Positions 8,025 to 19,181 of a stretch of DNA of 64,000 nt are shown here, in pieces. Position numbers and translations under genes: made by a program. The DNA is taken from positions 4,640,001 through 4,704,000 of the forward strand of contig OZ242374.1 in the NCBI GenBank assembly GCA_965209055.1, written 5' to 3'. The notes beneath the pieces are model-generated. The model did not search any database, was not told the origin of the DNA, and worked only from the letters and a program-made list of their open reading frames with translations. This DNA comes from Acidobacteriota bacterium (lineage in GTDB: Bacteria; Acidobacteriota; UBA6911; RPQK01; JAJDTT01). Within the stretch, counting starts at the first letter, position 1. The number at the start of each line of letters is the position of its first letter.

Positions 8025-10820
8025 TTAGCTCTTCGGCCTTGTCGCCTTGCCGCCATGTACGGATGGCTCCGCGCACCATTGCCGACGCAGCAAGTCCAGC
8101 AAATCCTCTAGGTCCGCATCGAGTTTCAGGACGCTGAGCTTGCCGAACAGCAGTTCACGGTCCAGTTCCTGGCGTGTGTCATCCCGGTAGGCCTCGTTCG
8201 CGGGCAGAAACTTTCTACCCTTGAAGCGGGCGAAAATGTCTCGACAGTGATCCATCTGCGCTTCCGCTAGGGCGCGAGGGTCAAGCACCGGAAGGTCCGG
8301 AATAGCACTGATCTTGATGATTGACCTCCCCGCCTGCTGGCGAGTTCCTTTCCACCAGTGCATTAGCAGCCCAAGTGTCGAGTTGCCCCACAGCAGTAGC
8401 GGAATCTCATGTCGCTCGTTGCAGGGAATTACGTTAGGCCAAGCTCGACCGCCGAGACACTTTTCCGGCGTGAGACACATAACGAAACTCTGGGAATTCA
8501 GCCGGAAATCAATGTTGAAATGCAATCGGGATACCGTGCGGTTCCAGGTGCTGACGGCTTTCTCATCATATCCTGTCCGCACATCCCCGCAAGTGTCCGG
8601 ATGGACGATCAGTCGACGCTCCCTGTTTGCATCGTGGTTCCATAACGCGGGGTAGGTCGGAATCTCATCGTCGCGGATGGCGCGGATGTCGAAAGGTCCC
8701 TCTACAGGTGGCTTGTAGCCATTGATTAGGAGGCTATGAAGACCACGATCCGCGACAGTTCCTAGCTTGATGATAGGAATGTTGATCGCATGGCCCCCTC
8801 GTGGCAGTTGTAGCTGGCCTCTCTGCAATGCCTGTGCAGCACGGACTACACTATCCGATCGTGCACCTGCCGCTCCTGAATCGAAGATCGTACCTTGAAT
8901 TGACGGTTCGGTTCTGGCTGTGACCAGAGCTTCCAAGGTAGATGTAGGACGCGCGTCTAGGTTGATGAACGATACGAGCGGATTCCGTGGAGGCATTTTT
9001 CGTGCGACAACAAGACATTCGGCTATTCCGGTATCCGCCGAGAACGCCGTTTCCGTCGCGCCGGTTGTTGCGATCGCCGCGATGTGAATGTCGTCGTAAT
9101 GTTGATGCAACTTCGTCCGTGCCTTCTCCCATGACTTCCCACTATTAAAGGTAAACGGCAGCACAAGAGCTAAAACTCCACCGTCTTTCAGCTTGCGATG
9201 GGCCAGATCCATGAAGTTCGAGGCGAGACCGGCGTGGCCATGTCCAAATTCAGAACGAGTTTTCTTGAGTTGTTTTGCCATTGCACGCTGTTCGTCTTTG
9301 GAGGTGCCGAAACCTGCGAATGATGGGATCGGGATGCCCGCCCTCTTCGCCGCGTGGTTTGTGGACCGCGTGAACGGCGGGTTCATGATAATCAAATCGC
9401 AGGAACGATTCTTGACTGCGACCGAGTACTTGTGGCTGGTGTCCGCTTCCTTTCCCCCTATCGACTCCGCTCCCGTGGCGAACAGGGAATAAACTTGGTC
9501 GGCATCAAGCAGGTCCAGTGAACCGATATGCGTCTTGCCGCCATCAATGCCATAGGGCATCGTGTAGATGTTCGTCCTGCCGAACTTCTCTCCCGGATGA
9601 ACACTGGACAGCATCGAGCAAGTCAGGTGCGTGGCGGCGGGCATGATGTCCATGCCGATCATCGTGCGTTCCACCAAGCCGGCATGGAGATTCAGGTCGT
9701 TACCTCCCATCCTGCGATACCGGCGGCAGATGGCGCGCTGCACAGCGGAGAGCAGGGCTCCAGTGCCACAAGCAAAATCGGCGATCCGCAAGTTCTCGAT
9801 GGCCCCCTTGTTCGACCAGTCTACTGGCAGACGTTCCACCGCAAGTTCCGCGAGGAGCGTTGCTGACGCAGGCAGCGTGTAGAAAGTGGCCAGGAACTTA
9901 CGGTCGGCAATAAGAGCCTGAAACATTCGCCCCGTGAGTTCGTGGTAGGTGGTCGCGCCCAGGGAGGCCAGCGAAGAGGACGTCTCCAGAAGCCGGTCCA
10001 TCAAGCGCGGCACTAGGGGTGTTTGGATCTCCTCAAGTAACGACGTGGCGATGGAGAAGATCGGCCAGTAGTTGATGGCCAGAATTGCATCCCATGTGTC
10101 CAACAATCTCTCCTTGTTCCTTCCAACTCCGCGCAGGGTGGAGAGACTCGGAATCCCCTCCTGACCCTCGATGGAGGCGTGGAACACAAACGCGGAAGTG
10201 AGGATCGCGGCGACCATCCGGAGGGTCTGGTCGCCTTGGCTTTGCTTGAGCTTTTCGGCAAGACGATGCCGCACGTGTGCTGTGGATTGCTGCGACAGTA
10301 GACCAGCACATGCTTTGACTGTCGTCTCAAGCATCCGCACCCCTTGGTCAAGCTTTCGTTGCGACAGGGACAAAGCCTCGATGGCATCCGCCAACTCATC
10401 CACCGTCCCTTCGAGATAGTCTGACAACGGCCAACGGGAATGGTGACCATCCTTGTTCAGGTGGTGCGTGGCGTAGCGCAGCTTGGAGTTCTCTATGGCA
10501 GCCAGCGAACCGGTCTTCAGTTCGACCGGAAACACGACGGAGAGCGCGCTTTCGATGGTATCCCCGGTGGAATCCAGCTTCCGCCCGAGACGGCCAATGG
10601 CTTCGTTCTCGACCGTCCGGGCGGGATCGAACTCAGTCTCGACAGCGACTGGCTGGCGGGATGGTGTATGGATCAAGATATCGATCTGGCCGGAGCCTCC
10701 CTGCAACACGCCAGTCCGTTCCGCATGGACAGACGTGTCATCCCAGAGCGGGTGGCGTTTCATCAGGGCGCGGGCCAGGGCGCCGTTCGCCTGGGGCTCA
10801 GTATTTCGGGGCAGGCTCAT
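8025..10820 (-). CDS. Fused restriction endonuclease / N6-adenine DNA methyltransferase (type IIG-like)
   Basis: N-terminal IDILI...VAVETEF nuclease-like motif; FYT, DFACGTGALL (motif I), IIMNPPF (motif IV); long C-terminal TRD-like region. Confidence 0.85.
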   Translation of the reverse strand: MSLPRNTEPQANGALARALMKRHPLWDDTSVHAERTGVLQGGSGQIDILIHTPSRQPVAVETEFDPARTVENEAIGRLGRKLDSTGDTIESALSVVFPVELKTGSLAAIENSKLRYATHHLNKDGHHSRWPLSDYLEGTVDELADAIEALSLSQRKLDQGVRMLETTVKACAGLLSQQSTAHVRHRLAEKLKQSQGDQTLRMVAAILTSAFVFHASIEGQEGIPSLSTLRGVGRNKERLLDTWDAILAINYWPIFSIATSLLEEIQTPLVPRLMDRLLETSSSLASLGATTYHELTGRMFQALIADRKFLATFYTLPASATLLAELAVERLPVDWSNKGAIENLRIADFACGTGALLSAVQRAICRRYRRMGGNDLNLHAGLVERTMIGMDIMPAATHLTCSMLSSVHPGEKFGRTNIYTMPYGIDGGKTHIGSLDLLDADQVYSLFATGAESIGGKEADTSHKYSVAVKNRSCDLIIMNPPFTRSTNHAAKRAGIPIPSFAGFGTSKDEQRAMAKQLKKTRSEFGHGHAGLASNFMDLAHRKLKDGGVLALVLPFTFNSGKSWEKARTKLHQHYDDIHIAAIATTGATETAFSADTGIAECLVVARKMPPRNPLVSFINLDARPTSTLEALVTARTEPSIQGTIFDSGAAGARSDSVVRAAQALQRGQLQLPRGGHAINIPIIKLGTVADRGLHSLLINGYKPPVEGPFDIRAIRDDEIPTYPALWNHDANRERRLIVHPDTCGDVRTGYDEKAVSTWNRTVSRLHFNIDFRLNSQSFVMCLTPEKCLGGRAWPNVIPCNERHEIPLLLWGNSTLGLLMHWWKGTRQQAGRSIIKISAIPDLPVLDPRALAEAQMDHCRDIFARFKGRKFLPANEAYRDDTRQELDRELLFGKLSVLKLDADLEDLLDLLRRQWCAEPSVHGGKATRPKS

Positions 10821-10990
10821 GAGCGTCTCCGCGCCATGGACTCACACGCTTCGCCGCAACGGGGACAGTCCATGCGGTTTCCTTGGTAGCCACAGTCCGG
10901 GCAGTGATAAGAGTTCCGGTTCTGGAGCCGATCCAGAGCCAGCTTCCTGATGGTCTCCATTCTCTCCATGTGGATGTCCCAACTGCTCAT
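10817..10990 (-). CDS. Small zinc-ribbon protein (about 57 aa)
   Basis: CPDC...CPRC; its stop overlaps the R-M start codon (ATGA coupling); start codon uncertain (10990 or 10999). Confidence 0.55.
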   Translation of the reverse strand: MSSWDIHMERMETIRKLALDRLQNRNSYHCPDCGYQGNRMDCPRCGEACESMARRRS

Positions 10991-11066
10991 ACAGTTCATT
11001 CTGCCAGAACGGTCTGCCGCGTCCGGAATCATTTCTCGGAGCGGAGCGTCTCTTCTGTGGTTTCTC

Positions 11067-11380
11067 TCCGGGCCTTCCCGCAGGGAGGATTGAGACGGGA
11101 GCGACCCCCCCAGGGGGTGTTGCGCAAATGTGAATTGCGCAACACCCCCGCGCCCGCACCGGGCAGCAAAAAGGGGGGGTCGCTCCCGTCCACCTCCATT
11201 TTCCCCGTGCGGCCACCCGGTGGCCGGAAATGGGGCCGTAACTGACTGAAAGGAAACAGGATCGGGGAACGCGCATTTGTGAATGACCGGGACCGCTTTT
11301 TGTGAATCCACCCCCTTTGTCCCATTCACATCCCGGATCGGGCGCGAGACCCTCTTGACGCACTGCCGAAACGAGCCTCC
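11067..11380. other. Conserved structured non-coding block of E1 (candidate oriT / single-strand origin / ncRNA)
   Basis: Colinear with 24061-24374; perfect 18-bp outer stem (11094-11111/11173-11190) enclosing a perfect 15-bp hairpin (11113-11149) and a 5-bp hairpin; repeated TGTGAAT. Confidence 0.7.
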
Positions 11381-11604
11381 ATTGGCCCTTGCGACTGCCG
11401 AATGCGTTCACCGTCAATCACGACTTGGAAGGAGCGAACTTCCGCCGCTGGTTGCCTCTCGACCGCCCGCTTCAGTGTGGCCGTCACCCCTCCGTAGGAG
11501 TTGAGCAGGGCCGTATCCCCCGTTGGAACGGCGCGTTTGAATCGGACGGCGACAATCGTGTAGCTTGATGAGCCGATTGAGATATCTAGCATTGGGACGC
11601 AGAA

Positions 11605-12660
11605 ATGACTGAGGAACTGTGTATCTGGGCGGTCGACGGGTCGGGGACGGTGGAGCCCCTGTCTCCGCTCAAGCAGATGCCTACAGAGTTGCGATTTGAG
11701 GAGCTGATCGTTCGCAATCCGGAAATGCTAGAACCCGGCCTCCGTTTGGTGGGACGACAGACTCCTACTCAAACCGGTTGGCTGGACCTGCTTGCTATCG
11801 ACACGGACGGTCGTCTGGTCGTCTGCGAGTTGAAACGCGGAATGCTTGCCCGGGAGGCCGTGACCCAAGTCTTGGACTACGCTTCGGACTTGGATGCCAT
11901 GAGTACCGGGGACCTCGCGGAGCACATTTCCGATCGCTCCGGGAATCACGGTATCGAACGGATCGATGACTTCGAGCAATGGTACGCCGACAACTTCGGC
12001 GGGGACGACCTGTCTCGCCTCCTGCCGCCCCGCATGGTGCTGGTCGGATTGGGCGTGGACACCGTAGCCGAACGAATGGCGAGATTCATTTCTGCTGGGC
12101 CGGTCGATATTTCCGTGGTTACATTCCACGGGTTTCGACGTGAAGGGGAGCAACTCCTGGCTCGACAATTGGAGGTCGAGTCAGGACGAACAGAAGTCAT
12201 CCGAAGGCGTCGTTCCGCAACCACGGCCGAAAAGCGTCGCCTTTTGGGGAAATACCTGGTTGACAATGGATACAAGGACCTCTTTGACCGAGTAAATGCC
12301 GATCTTCGCCGACATCTGCCAGAGCAGGGCGTTTGGGAGCAGCCAGGTAGCACGGGGGTCGGATTTTTGCTCAGCGAGCCAGAGGACTCCAAGGTCTGGA
12401 AAACCTACTTCGGCGTGCAAGCTGGATATCTGGGAACGGAAGTGTACAGCGTCAGCGTTTTGCCGCAGGCGATTACATGGGGCGGAGACGGTGCATTTGA
12501 GAGACTCCGTGGTTCCGTCGATCTCGAAGAATGGACACACGGTGGCTATGCCCTCTCCTTCAAGACTCCGGAAGAGTGGGACGAGATTCGACCACAAGTG
12601 CTTGAGTTCGTTCACACCGTCTTGGCGAATCGAACGAACGTGGAAGGGCCAAAAAACTGA
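11605..12660 (+). CDS. NucS/EndoMS-like PD-(D/E)XK endonuclease domain protein
   Basis: EELIVRNPEML...LVGRQ...LDLLAIDTDGRLVVCELKRG...AVTQVLDYA. Confidence 0.8.
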   Translation: MTEELCIWAVDGSGTVEPLSPLKQMPTELRFEELIVRNPEMLEPGLRLVGRQTPTQTGWLDLLAIDTDGRLVVCELKRGMLAREAVTQVLDYASDLDAMSTGDLAEHISDRSGNHGIERIDDFEQWYADNFGGDDLSRLLPPRMVLVGLGVDTVAERMARFISAGPVDISVVTFHGFRREGEQLLARQLEVESGRTEVIRRRRSATTAEKRRLLGKYLVDNGYKDLFDRVNADLRRHLPEQGVWEQPGSTGVGFLLSEPEDSKVWKTYFGVQAGYLGTEVYSVSVLPQAITWGGDGAFERLRGSVDLEEWTHGGYALSFKTPEEWDEIRPQVLEFVHTVLANRTNVEGPKN

Positions 12661-12758
12661 GTTCGACTGCCCGACCTTCGTCACACCGGATCTGGTGACG
12701 GCGGGCCTATATCGCAGAGGAAATAGTTCCGGACCGGCATCGCAGGCTTGAATACTGC

Positions 12759-12892
12759 TGCCTGTTTGTTGCCTGTTCAGCACGTCAAACATAGGGAGTC
12801 AACCACGCTACCGATTCGGCGAAGAACCCGGTAAGCCATTGAAAAAGTTAATGTTTGGTAGTTGTTGACTGTGGGGCTATCGGGATAGGAAA
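12759..12892 (+). other. Right att arm of E1 (arm repeat, 15-bp motif, IHF-like site, core)
   Basis: Ungapped alignment with 24762-24895; TAAGCCATTGAAA resembles the IHF consensus. Confidence 0.8.
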
Positions 12893-12918
12893 ACCCCCAC
12901 TCCCAGCGCCCTCTTTCC

Positions 12919-13746
<828 letters not shown>

Positions 13747-16342
13747 TCGTCAGGTGGAAGCGGAGGCGAACCGGCTGGCCTCGCAAGGAAGCCAGATCCG
13801 CTTTTTCTCTCCACGCCACTTCCTGCCGGGTGCTGTCGAAGGCCGTGAGCAGGCAATCGTCCCGGACATAGCCGGCCACCGGCCGCCCTCCTTCGTCCAG
13901 GACCTCTACGCTCACTCGGCCCTCGGCAGCCGCCGCATTGACCGTCAAACGGCTCCCCTGGAAAATCAGCGGGTGGGTCGTCAGGACGCCTTCCCGGTCT
14001 CCGGCCCGACGCGACGCGAACCCGTTGGTGCGGTACTCCACCCGGGCCGGCGCGATCTGGAACACCCGGCTCTTTTCGATATGGTCCTCCCGGGTCTGAC
14101 CCGTGTTGGCCTCGAGCTCCGCCCAGAACGCCTCCCGGACTTCCTCCACCGTGCGGCTGCAGCGGGGCCGCCGCCAGCTCCAGATGCATTCGTAAAGCGC
14201 CCACGCGGGCTCCACCGGCGCCGGCGGGGAGAGATAGGGCCGACCATTGTATTGCTCGTCGTCGAAAATCCCGGAGGCGGGGATCGGGATATCACCCGGT
14301 CCGCCGCCCACCAGCTTGTCCCGGATCCAGGCGTTGACGTGCAGGGTGTTGGTGCCGTGGTAGAACCCGACCGACCGGTCTCCGTCCGCCGGGCCCTCCG
14401 AGAAACTGTAGACGATCCCGTAATCGAAGCTGCCGTCGGGTCCGCTGGGAATCCAGGCCCGATCTCCTCCCAGATCCTCCCAATGGATGCCGTTGCGGCT
14501 CACCCAGAGATGGATCGACATCCGTTGAGTCCCGCAGTCGTAGAGCGGAAAGAAGGCGACGTAGAGGTCCCCGATCCGCTTCACCCGCTGCATCCCGTAG
14601 CTCTGGTGTTTCGGGTGTTCCCGCGGCGGCGCCCAGATATAGCTCCGGTGCCAGTTCACGCCGTCGCGCGTGGTCATCCGCCCCAGGTTCCGCGAGACGG
14701 CCCACTTGTTGTCGTAGCGCACCAACGCCCGCCCCATGGCCGGAGGATGGGCGGCGAAATAGAGCACCAGCTCACCGGTGCGCTCGTCGTAGAACATGGG
14801 CCCCAGGTTGTCGGTGGGGCTGTCCAGCGTCTCCACCTGAAGGTGATTCCGCATGAAGGGACGTTCCGTGGTGAGATAGGCCACTCCCTCGGAATCCCGG
14901 ACCATCAGGTAGATCCCCCGCTGAAACTCCATGTCAGGAAACTTGGGAGTACTGACCCGGGTGGCGGTCCGCAGATCAGGGATGCCGCGGGTTCGGTAGT
15001 CCCACAGCCCGCCGAACTTCTCTCCTTCGCCCACGTGGCCCCGGGACGCCATCTTCTCCAGGATGTTGTTGGCCCGGGAACCTTGGAACTCCACCAGACC
15101 GAGTTCCGGCTTGGTCCAACGGTTCCCGTCACTGGATACGGCCAGCATCCGGTACCGGGTCGGGCTGATGTACTCCAACTCGTACCGTTGCTTCTCCCGG
15201 TTGAAGGACAGGCCGGCGCCCTCGCGCAGTATTGTGTAATGGCCCTCCCAAGGCCGGTCGGGCCGGAACAGGGCCTGAGCGTCCAGCTTGCGGGCTGGAT
15301 GGAAGACCTTCCGGAGATGCCGCTGGTCCTGGATCAGGTAGTCGTCCACGAACAGTTGGGGAGCCACCGGAATCTCCAGGGGAGGCTCCGGTTTCGGTGG
15401 CGGCCCGTTCCGGTGCAGGTACAATGCCCGGCGGGGCCCGTCATCCCAGAGCCGTCCGTCCACCCGGGGCCGCACCCGCACGTGATACGTGGCCGCCTTC
15501 AGGCCGGTGAGATCGAAGGCGACATGAGCCTTGTCCGGTGTGAGCCGGACCGCCGTGGCGGGTGATCGCACGGTTCCGGTGCCGGCTTCCACAAGATCGA
15601 CTTCCACGGCCAGCTCCCGGACCGGAGCGCCTTTCCTGAGCCAGAGCTCCACCTCGGCGGCGTTGTCGTCGATATAGGCCAGACGGTCCAGGTCCGCGCC
15701 CACCCAGGTTTGGACCGGAAGGCGGAAGTCGTTGGAGAACAGGACCCGGCCGTCCCCGACTCGCCGTCCCTTCACGGTCAGGCGGTAGTTCCCCGAATCG
15801 TGAGTGTCGACCCACCAGCCGGTCCGCAAGTATCCCCGGACCCTCTCCTGGGGCCCCTTGTGGCTGGAGGCAGGGAGGGGCCGGTAGGGTCCATGGCCCA
15901 AGAGAGGCCCCAGATCAAAGCCGGCCGCAGCGTCTTCCGCTCCCGCCTCCAGAAGCCGTCTTTCGGTTCGAGCCCCTCCCGCAGGAAACCCCACCGACAC
16001 CTCCATCTCCACGGGCTCTGCCGGAACATAGTTGAATTGGAGCCGATGTCCCGCTTCCCCCACAAAATTCAGCTGGTATCCAGCGGGTTCCGCTCCCTGA
16101 TCACCCTTTTGGACTCGATAGGGAGCCAGATCAATGGGCGTGAGGGCACTCTGGGACACCGCCGTCTGGAAGAGAAAAAGCAGAACCAGGACTGGGACCA
16201 CTATCCGTCGCGCACTTGATGTCAACACGGGGCCTCCACCGAAATTGCCGTCCGTTCCAAATCGATTGCCGACTCATTCTAGCCCGAATTCCAAAGCGCG
16301 TCCCGGTGGCAGCCGTTCGGCTGAAATTGTTATCGTGTCCGT

Positions 16343-17299
16343 ATGGTGACCGCTCCCGCGCTTCGTCTTCGTGGCATCCGGAAGAACTACGGCAAGAAGA
16401 CGGCCCTTGAGGGCGTGGACCTGGAAACGCCGTCCGACACCATTTGCGGGTTGATCGGTCCCAACGGCGCGGGCAAGACCACCCTGCTGCGCATCGTTCT
16501 CGACATCATCGGCCCCGACGACGGAACCGTGGAGGTGTTGGGCACTACCGACCTCCAGTCGACCCGGCGGCGCATCGGGTATCTTCCGGAAGAGCGCGGG
16601 CTGTATCCCAAGATGCGGGTCGTCGACCACCTGGTATTTCTGGGTGTGCTCAAGGGACTGGGCAGAATGGATGCCATGGAACGGGCTCTCGGCGGACTCG
16701 AGGAGGTCGGCCTCGGCGAACGCGCCCGGGACAAGGTGGAAACCCTCTCCAAGGGAATGCAACAGAAGGTCCAGCTTCTGGGGACGATCCTCCACGAGCC
16801 GGAGCTGCTGGTTCTGGACGAGCCGTTCAGCGGACTGGACCCGCTCAACGTGGAGCTTTTCAAACGGTTGGTCCTGGAGCGCCGCCGCGCGGGAGCGACC
16901 GTTCTCCTTTCGACCCACCTGATCGAAGACGCCGAACGCCTTTGCGACCGGGTCTGCATGATCGCCGGCGCCAACAAGGTCCTGGACGGAAAGGTGAGCG
17001 ACTTGAAGGCGGCCTCCGGGCGGCGTGATCTGGCCATCGCCTTCGAGGGGAGCAGCGAGTTCCTGGCGGCGCCCGGCTTGGTGGAGCGCGCCGCCGACCA
17101 GGGCGGTTACGTTGAAGTTCGGCTCAAGGAAGACGCCGATCCTCAAGTCCTGCTCCACCGGGCCGTGGAGTCGGGAGCGAGGATTTCACGTTTCGAACTC
17201 ACGGAACCCTCACTGCGCGAGATCTTCATGGAGAAGGCCGAGGCGGCCGGCCTGTCGACGAGCGACGCCCCGCCGGCTGAAGAGGCGGGTGCGGTATGA
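16343..17299 (+). CDS. ABC-2 exporter ATP-binding protein (NatA/YhaQ-like)
   Basis: GPNGAGKTT, GYLPEERGLY, LSKGMQQK, LDEPFSGLDP, EPSLREIF. Confidence 0.9.
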   Translation: MVTAPALRLRGIRKNYGKKTALEGVDLETPSDTICGLIGPNGAGKTTLLRIVLDIIGPDDGTVEVLGTTDLQSTRRRIGYLPEERGLYPKMRVVDHLVFLGVLKGLGRMDAMERALGGLEEVGLGERARDKVETLSKGMQQKVQLLGTILHEPELLVLDEPFSGLDPLNVELFKRLVLERRRAGATVLLSTHLIEDAERLCDRVCMIAGANKVLDGKVSDLKAASGRRDLAIAFEGSSEFLAAPGLVERAADQGGYVEVRLKEDADPQVLLHRAVESGARISRFELTEPSLREIFMEKAEAAGLSTSDAPPAEEAGAV

Positions 17300-18681
17300 A
17301 CCCATTTACGCCCAGCGTTATGGCAGTTGCGTACCGCGAGTTCATGCAACGCGTCAAGACCAAGTGGTTCATCCTGGGCACCATCGGAATGCCGGTGATC
17401 ATGGTCGGCGTGGCCTTCCTCATCGTTTTCGCGATGCGGGACGTGGAGGACTCCGAGAAAGGGAAGACCATTGGAGTCGTGGACTCCGGCGGAGCCGTAG
17501 CGAACCTGCTGGTGGAGGAATTGAATGACGGTTTCGTCACGGCGTCGCGGGCGCGCGACCTGGAAGAATTGCCCGCTGACGCGATCCGGGAGCGTTTCCT
17601 TTCGACGGCGTACGACTACCTGCTGATTTTGCCGGACGGAGCCGCCACCTCGGCCCCTGGTGCTCCTGTCGCGGGCAGGGAGGAAACGGATGACACCGGG
17701 GACCGGGTGACCGCCACCTTGCTGGCCAGAGACAAGGTTCCGTCGGGAACTCTGAGATCGGCCCGCAATGCGCTCCAACGGGCTCTTTTGCAAACTCGAC
17801 TCCAAGCGGCGGGAGTCGAAGCAGTGGACGCACGAGAGTTGTTGCGCAGACCTCGATTGAACGCCGTCAACGTCACCGACACGGGCGAGACCCGCTCCCA
17901 GACCATTCAGTCCATCGCCAGCATGGGCGTCGTCTACTTCTATTTCATGCTCCTGGTGGCTTACGGGCAGATGGTCCTGATGTCGACCATCGAGGACAAG
18001 CAATCGAACATCGTCGAAATCCTGGCATCGTCGTTACGCCCCTGGGAATTGATGTTGGGGAAGATACTGGGCTGCGGCGCCATGGCCCTGGCTCAGATCG
18101 GGATTTGGGCCCTGATGGCGGCCACAGCGGTTGGTTTTTTCCTCACCCGCGGAGGATTGGCGAGCGTGCCGTCTCCAGGTCCTGGTCTCGGTGGCGGCCG
18201 CGACCCGATCACCGGTGAAGCCGCCGATCTTTCGGGTATCGACCTGATTTCGGATTCCATCTCGTGGGAAAGCGTCATCCTGGCGCTGCTCTTCTTTATC
18301 CTGGGCTATCTCCTCTACACCTCGGTTTTTGCCGCCGCCGGGGCCACGGTCAGCGATCTTCAGGACGCCCAACAGGCGATGACGCCCATCGTCCTGGTGA
18401 GCATGATCTCCCTCATTGCCGGCCCCTTGCTGATGGAGAGTCCCAACAACCGATGGGCCGTGATCCTGTCGATGGTCCCACCCTTCAACGCTGTGGTGAT
18501 GCCCTCCCGGGTCTTCTCCACCGAAGTTCCGCTCTGGCAGTGGGGGCTCTCCCTGCTCCTCCTGGCCGCGGCTGTGGCGGCCGTCGTCTGGTTGGCCGGA
18601 CGGATCTACCGGGTGGGAATCCTGATGAGGGGACAACGGGCCAGCCTGCCGGAGATCGTTCGCTGGGTCCGTCACGGCTAG
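17296..18681 (+). CDS. ABC-2 exporter permease (NatB/YhaP-like)
   Basis: EDKQSNIVEILASS, LMLGKILG, multiple TM helices, RIYRVGILMRG; overlaps the ATPase stop. Confidence 0.9.
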   Translation: MNPFTPSVMAVAYREFMQRVKTKWFILGTIGMPVIMVGVAFLIVFAMRDVEDSEKGKTIGVVDSGGAVANLLVEELNDGFVTASRARDLEELPADAIRERFLSTAYDYLLILPDGAATSAPGAPVAGREETDDTGDRVTATLLARDKVPSGTLRSARNALQRALLQTRLQAAGVEAVDARELLRRPRLNAVNVTDTGETRSQTIQSIASMGVVYFYFMLLVAYGQMVLMSTIEDKQSNIVEILASSLRPWELMLGKILGCGAMALAQIGIWALMAATAVGFFLTRGGLASVPSPGPGLGGGRDPITGEAADLSGIDLISDSISWESVILALLFFILGYLLYTSVFAAAGATVSDLQDAQQAMTPIVLVSMISLIAGPLLMESPNNRWAVILSMVPPFNAVVMPSRVFSTEVPLWQWGLSLLLLAAAVAAVVWLAGRIYRVGILMRGQRASLPEIVRWVRHG

Positions 18682-18782
18682 GAGTCTGCGTTTCTCGCCA
18701 GGCAGCGTGACGATCGCGCAGGATTATCGCCTTCCCCCTCTTCCTCGTTGCGTCCGGGTTCGGTTCGGCGTACGCTGAATCC

Positions 18783-19181
18783 GTGAAGACGGTGGCCGGT
18801 TCCATTCTCTTGTTCGTCCTGGCCACCAGCCCCATGGTCTGGTTGGTTCGAGAAGCGGGGAGTGAGCCGGCGGCTTCGGCCTGTCCGACTCACGGGAGCG
18901 TCTGCTGCTGTCCGGACGCGTGCCTGAAGCAGTTGAAAACCCCGGACGACGGCCTTCTCGCCTGCGCCCGGCCGGCGCGAATACCGGGCCGGCTCCGGTT
19001 CGTCTCCGACTGCGGAGCCGAGCCCGACGGCATCGGATTCATGAATCTGAAGGCCGTCTTCCTCCCTCCGGTCCGGACCGGTTGCGATGACCTTGACTCC
19101 GGCCTCGCCCCGGAGGCTCCCTTGCGAACCCCCCTGATCCCGCCAGTCCCCGACGACCCTCCTCCACGCTCGTTCTCCTGA
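18783..19181 (+). CDS. Cys-rich exported small protein with a Pro-rich C-terminus (DUF2946/CruR-like upstream ORF)
   Basis: Signal-like N-terminus, CPTHGSVCCCPDAC, ends DDPPPRSFS; directly upstream of a TonB receptor. Confidence 0.55.
   Translation: MKTVAGSILLFVLATSPMVWLVREAGSEPAASACPTHGSVCCCPDACLKQLKTPDDGLLACARPARIPGRLRFVSDCGAEPDGIGFMNLKAVFLPPVRTGCDDLDSGLAPEAPLRTPLIPPVPDDPPPRSFS

Larger units (their letters stand above)
4892..12892. mobile_element. Integrative element E1 (tyrosine integrase, defence cargo) inserted in a REP-like hairpin
   Basis: 7-bp direct repeat TAGGAAA at 4892-4898 and 12886-12892; both ends colinear with those of E2; cargo visibly lower in GC than the flanks; empty site reconstructs to AGTGGGGGT-AGGAAA-ACCCCCACT. 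Confidence 0.9.
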
